From a virus (Duplodnaviria > Caudoviricetes), in IMG/VR virus record IMGVR_UViG_3300022602_000027: a stretch of DNA of 64,000 nucleotides. One strand, written 5' to 3'. Numbering within the stretch: the stretch's first letter is position 1; each line of letters opens with the position of its first letter. Made by a program: the position numbers and the translations under genes. Below are positions 38,873-46,172 of the stretch, one piece after another. A model generated the notes under the pieces. That model was not told the DNA's origin. It saw only the letters and a program-made list of their open reading frames with translations, and did no database searches.

Positions 38873-39396
38873 TTTATGATCTCATCATTTGTATATTCAT
38901 CCCAATTGGTAAAATATTTCCTTTGAGTAATTGCACCAATCGGTACACACCAAACGCCGGGATTTGTGGCGTCGAAATCTTTATCATCAATCTTAATTGT
39001 AGCATTATACCCAAGTTGTCCTATATAAGGCAATTTTACACTAATTTGTGGAATAAATCTACGATGTTCGGTTAAACCGCTTTCTAATACACCTTCATGT
39101 TCACTAACATCAAAGTCTAGAGTACACCAATAACCTGCATCTAAACAACCTTGTATCATGTCTTCCCATGGGCGCCAACCTGGTATATCATTGACGCCTT
39201 TAGTGCCAAAACTTTGATTAGCACCGAAATAGATATGTGTACAATCATTATTTTTAGCAAGGCTAATAATAACTTGTTCGTCGTGTGTACCTACTACGAA
39301 CAAAGTTTTCATACCGTATGCAGGAGTGCGTTCAATTTCAGTACCGACAAAGAATGTTACATCTTCACTAGTACCTGTAGTATATTCACGTTTCAT
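38869..39396 (-). CDS. Conserved hypothetical protein linked to the TGT-like gene
   Basis: 175 aa; FFVGTEIE.TPAYG..TLFV, HIYFGANQSF, TNPGVWC. Confidence 0.7.
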   Translation of the reverse strand: MKREYTTGTSEDVTFFVGTEIERTPAYGMKTLFVVGTHDEQVIISLAKNNDCTHIYFGANQSFGTKGVNDIPGWRPWEDMIQGCLDAGYWCTLDFDVSEHEGVLESGLTEHRRFIPQISVKLPYIGQLGYNATIKIDDKDFDATNPGVWCVPIGAITQRKYFTNWDEYTNDEIIK

Positions 39397-39646
39397 TTGT
39401 AAATTTCTTTCCTTCTTCCCAATATTTGATCATACGTTGTACATCTTCCATACGTTCTTGTATAACGTGTGGGGCCTCACGTTCTAATTCTTTTAAATTA
39501 TGATAGCTAGGATAATGACGTAAACACCAACGAGCTTGTTCACGTATTTCTTTTGGAATACGTGGAGTCTTTTGAGGATTCATCAGATCCTGCAAAAACT
39601 CCTCAGTTCGCTGTATGCTTCTAAAGCGTTCGTCGGGTAATGTCAT
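39386..39646 (-). CDS. Hypothetical protein
   Basis: MTLPDER...TPRIPK.IR..AR..LRHYP; ATGA-coupled to the TGT-like gene. Confidence 0.65.
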   Translation of the reverse strand: MTLPDERFRSIQRTEEFLQDLMNPQKTPRIPKEIREQARWCLRHYPSYHNLKELEREAPHVIQERMEDVQRMIKYWEEGKKFTNET

Positions 39647-41352
39647 AGTTCAAATAACGATTCGTTGAGTACAGGTTTAACTGGTTCTTTGACTACTTTT
39701 TCAATAGTTAAATTACCTTCAAATTCAATATGCACATCTGCCATTGCACTAGCATTGGTAATTCTATCACCAGTATTGCCTCTAGTGCCAATGATACGAT
39801 CAAAATAGTCACCATAGAATTCAATTAAGTCTAAAGCATCTTGTCTATTGTCTATGCTAAAAATTAAATCAACGATGTCTTTAAACTTATTTGGACCTGG
39901 ACTATAATCTCTATGGGTTTTAGTTTCAGCAGTAGTAGCATTTAGCATTGCAGGAATGACACCAGCATCGCTTTGACGATTGGCTTCTTGCACAGCATTA
40001 CAATGCATCCAAACATTATGTCCCATCATAATAGCATAAGTGAAACTATCCCAACTAGTACGTCCTTCTTTGCCTACTTTATTTAGATCGCCGGGTGCGT
40101 AGATGCAAATGTCTTTCATTAATACTTGATCCATAATTGGACTAGATTCAAATCTATCAAAAATATTGTCTTGTACTACTGCGTCTTTAAATAGCCTTGT
40201 ATCGTTAGCATACTTCTTGTCATCGGCAGATGCTTGCATACGATAGACCCATTTGTCTGCATGTGGAGTTTCTGTAGCCATATAAATTTGTCCATTAGCA
40301 GTTGCTAAGAATGGACTTGCACAGTCAAAACTAATTGTAAAGTCTGGATTGTGATATTTGCGAACAGCACGTTGAATGTCAGTTAGTAGTACAGCCCATT
40401 CTAGTTTGCTAGTACCTAAGAAGTGCATCCAATCTTGGTGCCCTTGTTCTAACAATCCATCAAATCGCAAGTGTACTAGACGCTTCAACACTAAATGAAC
40501 ATCGCACATATTCTGTCCACCCATTGCCCAACCATTAAATGGTTTGTCATATTTGTTAGGATCGCAGAAATCTTTCATTTCATTATACCAATCATCTGCA
40601 TCTGCGTGATTTTCACCTTGTAGAACGTTTAAGAACTTACAAGCACCTGTGCGATGTTTGATCCAATATTCGTTGTTGTATTTGGTTGCTGATACTGCTT
40701 CAGCATATGAGCTGATACCTGTAGCTTTAATACCTGCTGGACTGCGACATACCCATGCTGGAATATCAAGTACCATACCATAATCCATATAAGCATCCAT
40801 CCAACGCAACACTTGATCACGTTTCTTTTGTGCGGCGTCTAATTGTGCTTGATAAAGTTTAGGATGATCTACTTTGGTATATTTTTGATTACCATTCTTA
40901 TCAGTTTTAGGATGTCCTGTTGGATGAAATTGCGGAACAAGCTCAACACCTAGGGCATTTACTTCTGCCCACTTAGCGGCAACTTCTGGCCCATTAGGAT
41001 CCCGCCACTCGCCTTCCCATACGCCTTTACCAATCTGGAATCCACCTGAATCGCCTAGTACCCAACTAGTTGAGCGATCTCGATTACGGAACATGTCTTC
41101 AGACTCGTCTGGTTTACTCATGTCTAGATTAGCATGTCCAGCTGAGTAAAGACAATGATCATAATAGAACATACCTTTCTCTGGTTCGAGATAGTTAAGA
41201 CTTTCTACACTACCATTAAAACTTGCAGGTAGTCGAGCAGGATCTACGTAATTACTGTAACGCTGTCTACCAATAAAAGTAGAATAGAATCCACTAGTTG
41301 CTGGCAAAAAGTATGCGTAATCGTTTTGTGTTGCAGTTAAGTTCTTATTCAA
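39643..41352 (-). CDS. dpdA: TGT-family transglycosylase, probable DNA 7-deazaguanine inserting enzyme
   Basis: LGDSGGFQ, M.LDIP, LNVLQG, GWAMGG, MHFLG, ISFDCASP are TGT barrel motifs. Co-occurs with folE, queD and queE. TTG start. Confidence 0.75.
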   Translation of the reverse strand: MNKNLTATQNDYAYFLPATSGFYSTFIGRQRYSNYVDPARLPASFNGSVESLNYLEPEKGMFYYDHCLYSAGHANLDMSKPDESEDMFRNRDRSTSWVLGDSGGFQIGKGVWEGEWRDPNGPEVAAKWAEVNALGVELVPQFHPTGHPKTDKNGNQKYTKVDHPKLYQAQLDAAQKKRDQVLRWMDAYMDYGMVLDIPAWVCRSPAGIKATGISSYAEAVSATKYNNEYWIKHRTGACKFLNVLQGENHADADDWYNEMKDFCDPNKYDKPFNGWAMGGQNMCDVHLVLKRLVHLRFDGLLEQGHQDWMHFLGTSKLEWAVLLTDIQRAVRKYHNPDFTISFDCASPFLATANGQIYMATETPHADKWVYRMQASADDKKYANDTRLFKDAVVQDNIFDRFESSPIMDQVLMKDICIYAPGDLNKVGKEGRTSWDSFTYAIMMGHNVWMHCNAVQEANRQSDAGVIPAMLNATTAETKTHRDYSPGPNKFKDIVDLIFSIDNRQDALDLIEFYGDYFDRIIGTRGNTGDRITNASAMADVHIEFEGNLTIEKVVKEPVKPVLNESLFEL

Positions 41353-41524
41353 TTTTGCCCCATTTAATCTTTAACCAAAGTCTTTCCATAATATAGTGTA
41401 CAGCAGTTAGAATGACATGTATAAAAATAGCATCGCTTAATCCAGTCCATATGGCAGTTATTAACAATGCTATTATTCTATAGCTTAATGCTCTAACTAC
41501 TGTACGTTTATGAAGTTCAACCAT
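41345..41524 (-). CDS. DUF2061-like small membrane protein (59 aa, not in the ORF track)
   Basis: MVELHKRTVVRALSYRIIALLIT...HYIMERLWLKIKWGKIE*; TAATG overlap with the upstream gene. Confidence 0.75.
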   Translation of the reverse strand: MVELHKRTVVRALSYRIIALLITAIWTGLSDAIFIHVILTAVHYIMERLWLKIKWGKIE

Positions 41525-42255
41525 TACTTGCTTTGTGCTGGAAGTATGTATTCGTAAACTGTAGTACCACTGTCTACAATAATTGCCAACGCACCTGCAT
41601 CTGCAATCTTCATAGTAATGTCGCCTGACAACGCTAAAATAGCTTGTACTTGATTAACTGGCCATGACCATGTTTGTTTTAGTTTACCTGTAACACCGCT
41701 TTGGAACACAAATGATCCTGCGTGTGTACTTGCATCACCAAATTTAAATACCAAATTACCATTGTCTGTTGAAACTTGAAAAACTGTTTCTTCTGTATGT
41801 GCCGCCGCCTGATATTTTAAACGCTGGATAGCAGTTACAGTAGGTTCAAATTCTACATCCCATGTTGTACCTTTGAATTTAACAGTCTTTAATTTTTCTG
41901 TAATGACTTCAAGAGTCATAAAACGATAATCGTTTTCGAAATCGCCTGTTGAATTTTGAAAATGTAAACCTGTCGGAATGTCTTCGCCATTGCGTTGTTG
42001 CATAACAACATTGATGCCAGCGCCTTCTTTATATTCCGGGCATTTCAAATGCAAATCTAATTTGTTCAGTTGAGGCATACCAAATACACCATCTAATCCA
42101 TCTACTGGATTATGTGTTTTAGCATTAAGGATAACTGAACGATCTTCAGCCATTGATTCAACACTAGTTCCTTTTGAACTAGCCGTTACCTTAACCAAAG
42201 GTAAAAATCCTAAACTATGTGTGTGTGCTACTAAATCTTGTAAAAAGTCTTTCAT
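41524..42255 (-). CDS. Probable DNA polymerase sliding clamp (gp45-like)
   Basis: 243 aa from ATG 42255 (GGAG SD), with an alternating beta/alpha two-domain pattern, located near the polymerase. The assignment rests on size, pattern and context. Confidence 0.5.
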   Translation of the reverse strand: MKDFLQDLVAHTHSLGFLPLVKVTASSKGTSVESMAEDRSVILNAKTHNPVDGLDGVFGMPQLNKLDLHLKCPEYKEGAGINVVMQQRNGEDIPTGLHFQNSTGDFENDYRFMTLEVITEKLKTVKFKGTTWDVEFEPTVTAIQRLKYQAAAHTEETVFQVSTDNGNLVFKFGDASTHAGSFVFQSGVTGKLKQTWSWPVNQVQAILALSGDITMKIADAGALAIIVDSGTTVYEYILPAQSK

Positions 42256-42275
42256 ATGATTCTCCATGTTTTATT

Positions 42276-42303
42276 ATTATACAGTATTTTGTGACTATGT
42301 CAA
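42276..42303 (-). promoter_or_regulatory. sigma70 promoter TTGACA-N16-TATAAT
   Basis: -35 at 42303-42298 and -10 at 42281-42276. Confidence 0.75.
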
Positions 42304-43071
42304 TGTTTTTCTAACTCGTTTGTTATATTTTATTGCCGATTCTACTAAAGTATGCGATATTTGCAAACTATCAGCATAATGTACAAAGGCATTAGTGTCT
42401 TTGGGGAAACAAGCACCACCAAAACCACGGCTTCCGTCGGGACCTGGAACTTGCATATGGCTTGTGCCAATACGCTCGTCCAATTTGAGTAATTCGATAA
42501 CCTTATTATAATCAGCGCCATTAGCTTGACACATGTCATATAACTGATTAAAGAACGCTACTTTGACACTTAGGAAACAATTAGTGGCATATTTTACCAT
42601 AGCCGCTTCTGTCAGTGTGCAATGTTCAATCTTATTTAGGTTTTTGAGAGAAACAATGAATAATTCTCTCCAAATATTTCCAGGATTATCACCACCTAAA
42701 ATCATGTATTCCTGATTAGCAAAGTCTTCGTTAGCACTTACAGCACGTAAGAACTCTGGGCTATAGGCAATACTATGTTTGGGATAATTTACTAGTAGTC
42801 TATTTAGGTAATCTGGACGTACTGTACATTTAATTAATACAGGCATTGTTTCAGGAACTGTATCCATTACTTGATATATTTGACTTACATCGCAATCACC
42901 TATCGACGTCATAGGAGTACCGACACAGATAATAACTCCATCGGCATCTGGATAATCTTTTACTGTTTGTTCACTTATTTTTGGATCAACAATATATACT
43001 GTGTTTGTTTGATCAATGGCACTGGCAACAGCCTTGCCAACAAATCCGTAACCTGCAATTATAATTTTCAT
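42295..43071 (-). CDS. UDP-glucose/GDP-mannose 6-dehydrogenase family protein, lacking the C-terminal UDP-binding domain
   Basis: MKIIIAGYGFVG (Rossmann), ICVGTP, YSPEFL, KYATNCFL..KVAFFN, GFGGACFPKD (catalytic Cys). 258 aa from ATG 43071. Confidence 0.85.
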   Translation of the reverse strand: MKIIIAGYGFVGKAVASAIDQTNTVYIVDPKISEQTVKDYPDADGVIICVGTPMTSIGDCDVSQIYQVMDTVPETMPVLIKCTVRPDYLNRLLVNYPKHSIAYSPEFLRAVSANEDFANQEYMILGGDNPGNIWRELFIVSLKNLNKIEHCTLTEAAMVKYATNCFLSVKVAFFNQLYDMCQANGADYNKVIELLKLDERIGTSHMQVPGPDGSRGFGGACFPKDTNAFVHYADSLQISHTLVESAIKYNKRVRKTLT

Positions 43072-43072
43072 A

Positions 43073-45739
43073 TTAAAACTCGAATAGGCTATTAAATGTA
43101 TTTTTCTCTTCAGTACTAGCAACGTCCCATTTTAGAACACCGATTAAGTTATCTAATTTGTTATCGATAATAGTCTGCTCCATTTCTGCATGATCAAAAG
43201 GAAGATCCTTAAACCATTGTGGTAAACGTAGTTCATCAACTGGATATGCAACACTAGTAAAGCCTAGCGGATTAGGTTTGAGTTTACATACAATAACTTT
43301 GGCGCCGTCTGTAATACTCATAGAGTATTTGTCATTGTACATACGCTTGAGGGTATTCCAATTAATACTTGCACGAACATGGCCAGGCATATTTGCTTTA
43401 CCTGCTTTGGCTTCTTTACCTTGATATTCAGTAATCTTGTTAGCACGTTTAGGCGAACCTTTTTCCCAACCCGGACGAGCTTTAAACTTGATACGGAATT
43501 CACTAATGTGATCTAGAACTTCTTGTTCAGGTTTACCCATTAGCACCATTTCAAGAACATCGCTTAAGAAATTTTGAATAAATTCAGGAGTATCACTACG
43601 CTTTAGGTCCAAGCCCATAGCTTTAATCTTACCAGGCTTGCCTTCTACGTCTGTACGTTTACCTTCTTTATCATAGTAAAGAACTGCATAACGTTTCTTA
43701 GTAATAAACAAACTCTTAGAGCCAACAATTTCACGTCCAGCTTTAATAACTTCTCCACGCGACTTAGGTACATGAAATGCATCTAGCATGAACTGTGGAA
43801 ATGTAGTGTTAACTTCATCTCCAATTGTGTCATACAGTTGTATTACTGTTTCTTTTGTCCAGGGGATGGTACCTTTTTCAATGTCCTTCTGTAGAGTGCT
43901 ATAAGCACTAAAATAACAACTATCAGTGTCACCATATATTACTGCCTTTCCTATGTGATTATAATCGCCAGTTATGATTTCATTTACTTTACTAGCCATA
44001 TGTTTAGCGATCTGGCGTCCAGTAAGAGTAGTGGACTGCCCAATACGCTTATCAAAGAACCTACAACCGCTATTAAGAATAGCACCATACAAACTATTGA
44101 GGTTAATTTTCTTAACCAACTGTCTTTTGTCCCAATATTCTTCTTCAACTTTATTCCCCGCCTTAATGGCATCCTTTAGTTTAGCCTGCATTTCTTTACG
44201 TTCGGCATACCAACGTTTGAGTAATCCAGGAATAATACCTTCTGTTTCGTGCGTAAAGATAGTACCATTGGCACTCATCATCCAAGGTTGATTGCTTTCA
44301 AATATAAGTCTGTAGACTTCTGCGGCACTAAGTACATCAGTATCTCCATTTTCCCAGTCAATGGTAATGTCTGTACCAATTTCTTGATTCATTACAGCAG
44401 TATATTCAATAGTACCAAACATACCTTCCCACGCCGCGGCAAACGACTTTCCTTTCGCCATTAAGTTTTCAATATACTCATCAGTCTTAGTTGGACGTAA
44501 CTGTCCAATAATAGTTTCTGGACCCATATTAAGTGCTCTAATTGCACTAGGATACAGTGAGTTAATATCTAAAGATCCAACCCAATCTTGTAATCCTTCT
44601 TTAGGATATGCAACATACGCACCTGCCGCCGCAGTATCTTCACGATCACTCATTTTAATACGATTAGGAACAACGAATCCTCTGCGATGTGCTTCATTAA
44701 TAATAGCTTGTTCAGTAACGGCTACAGCACCCATTGTAGTTTGTAGCAATACAGTATTTTCATGTGCTAGTGTATTTGCTAAATCGATAAACTTTAGTTT
44801 TCTATCTAGTTTTTCAAGTAGCATACAGTCATTGATGTTGTATTCAACAAATGTTTTAAAGTCATTGTTGTATAACTGATCCAATGTACCTTCGTATTGT
44901 GTTTTACGTTCACCTAATTCATATTCTGCAATAGCATCTAGTCGATAACTATGTCGTTCTTCATATGTATATTTGCGATACAACTCTAAATAGTCTAAAT
45001 GTACACGACCAATGTAGTCATATGTAACAGCATTACGACCATATTTTTCATATTCACGGCGCTTAGGTAACTGATCAAACAAACAAAAACGTCTAGTGTC
45101 TTCTTTGCCTAATGTTTTAATAACACGGTTAGTAGTATAGGGAATATCAAAGCCTTCTGAGTTCCAACCACTTACAATATCTGCATCTTTAATTAGATCT
45201 AAGAACATGTCTAATAAGTCTGCTTCATTATCAAACAAATAAGTGTTAGGAAATTCTTTAACCATTTCCTTAGCATCTTCCATACCAAGGCCCTTAGGAG
45301 GAATAGCTAGGCATACCATTGTTTGTAACCATTGTAGGTAGACAGCAATCGCAGTAATTGGCATAAATGCATCGTCTGGACTAGCATAGCCACGCTCTGG
45401 ATCGAAGTCTACCTCAATATCGAAAAATGCTACATTTAACTTAGGAGCATCTTGATTAAGATAGTTTTCACTTAGTGTTACAAAGATAGGATTAATGTCT
45501 GCTTCGTACATTGTCTTGCCACTGTTGATAGCTTGTTCTTTACGAAGTTCTTTTGTGTTTTTACAGACAATCCTTTGTACAGGATCTCCATAAATTGATT
45601 GATGTTTCCCTCTCGGGTCTTTTACATAAAATGTGTGGCGTACAGGAATATCTCTAAATTCCCTTTCGCCTTTTTGGTTGCGTTCAACGATCTTGATGAT
45701 ATCGTTGTCACGGTCAAACCATGCGTCAACGTAAGACAT
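43073..45739 (-). CDS. polB: Family B DNA polymerase (T4 gp43-like)
   Basis: Exonuclease motifs FFDIE, GWNSEGFD and YNINDC; polymerase motifs LDINSLYPS, KINLNSLYG and YGDTDS; KKRYA. No intein or intron seen. Confidence 0.97.
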   Translation of the reverse strand: MSYVDAWFDRDNDIIKIVERNQKGEREFRDIPVRHTFYVKDPRGKHQSIYGDPVQRIVCKNTKELRKEQAINSGKTMYEADINPIFVTLSENYLNQDAPKLNVAFFDIEVDFDPERGYASPDDAFMPITAIAVYLQWLQTMVCLAIPPKGLGMEDAKEMVKEFPNTYLFDNEADLLDMFLDLIKDADIVSGWNSEGFDIPYTTNRVIKTLGKEDTRRFCLFDQLPKRREYEKYGRNAVTYDYIGRVHLDYLELYRKYTYEERHSYRLDAIAEYELGERKTQYEGTLDQLYNNDFKTFVEYNINDCMLLEKLDRKLKFIDLANTLAHENTVLLQTTMGAVAVTEQAIINEAHRRGFVVPNRIKMSDREDTAAAGAYVAYPKEGLQDWVGSLDINSLYPSAIRALNMGPETIIGQLRPTKTDEYIENLMAKGKSFAAAWEGMFGTIEYTAVMNQEIGTDITIDWENGDTDVLSAAEVYRLIFESNQPWMMSANGTIFTHETEGIIPGLLKRWYAERKEMQAKLKDAIKAGNKVEEEYWDKRQLVKKINLNSLYGAILNSGCRFFDKRIGQSTTLTGRQIAKHMASKVNEIITGDYNHIGKAVIYGDTDSCYFSAYSTLQKDIEKGTIPWTKETVIQLYDTIGDEVNTTFPQFMLDAFHVPKSRGEVIKAGREIVGSKSLFITKKRYAVLYYDKEGKRTDVEGKPGKIKAMGLDLKRSDTPEFIQNFLSDVLEMVLMGKPEQEVLDHISEFRIKFKARPGWEKGSPKRANKITEYQGKEAKAGKANMPGHVRASINWNTLKRMYNDKYSMSITDGAKVIVCKLKPNPLGFTSVAYPVDELRLPQWFKDLPFDHAEMEQTIIDNKLDNLIGVLKWDVASTEEKNTFNSLFEF

Positions 45740-45754
45740 AAATTTTCTTCTCCA

Positions 45755-45808
45755 TGCAATTTAGGGCTTGCAAATACCTTTCTGCGACTTATGGCTCGCG
45801 AACCTTTC
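45755..45808 (-). promoter_or_regulatory. Tandem hairpin leader (candidate translational operator) of the DNA polymerase
   Basis: Two units at 26-nt spacing: GAAAGGT..GCGA-GCCATAAG-TCGC and GAAAGGT..TGCAA-GCCCTAAA-TTGCA, ending 1 nt before the GGAG SD. Confidence 0.6.
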
Positions 45809-45821
45809 GTTATATACTTAT

Positions 45822-46079
45822 TTAGATTTTTTTAGTAATATCTAAAATTGCTTCAATCTCAGCCCAATCTTCGTTATGTGCCGCCCAATCGCCTTTGTGT
45901 GCAATCTTAATAGCTTTATTAATAACTGATGGTTTGATTTGAAGTTCTTCTGCAACTGCCTTAACAGTTTCTTTTAAACCTTCTGTTAAGTCTTCAACTT
46001 CACGTAGTACTGTAGAACCTTCATTAATTAGTCGTTCTAGTTTTGCCTTTTCTTCTGCGCCGTAATTTCTTCCTGACAT
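45822..46079 (-). CDS. dsDNA-binding protein, T4 DsbA/GapR-like
   Basis: 85 aa, helical LINEG...LREVEDL..GLKE.VK..AEEL.IKP.VINKAIKIAHK pattern. Confidence 0.65.
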   Translation of the reverse strand: MSGRNYGAEEKAKLERLINEGSTVLREVEDLTEGLKETVKAVAEELQIKPSVINKAIKIAHKGDWAAHNEDWAEIEAILDITKKI

Positions 46080-46099
46080 GTAAGTCTCCTTTATAGCCT

Positions 46100-46129
46100 A
46101 TTATATAATAATTTATGTTTAAGTGTCAA
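46100..46129 (-). promoter_or_regulatory. sigma70 promoter TTGACA-N18-TATAAT
   Basis: -35 at 46129-46124 and -10 at 46105-46100; drives the dsbA-like/pol unit. Confidence 0.7.
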
Positions 46130-46142
46130 ATTTTAGAGGTGG

Positions 46143-46168
46143 AAATGGCAGAAATAAATCTGCCATTT
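46143..46168 (-). terminator. Intrinsic terminator-like hairpin closing the late block
   Basis: Perfect 10-bp stem aaatggcaga/tctgccattt with a 6-nt loop, 4 nt after the 853-aa gene stop. Confidence 0.7.
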
Positions 46169-46172
46169 TTAA

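Noticed and set aside
39643-41352. Annotating the gene as a tRNA-guanine transglycosylase (tgt)
   Set aside because: It lacks the canonical tRNA-TGT C-terminal CxCxxC Zn motif, is much longer, and its phage que-gene context favours a DNA-acting DpdA.
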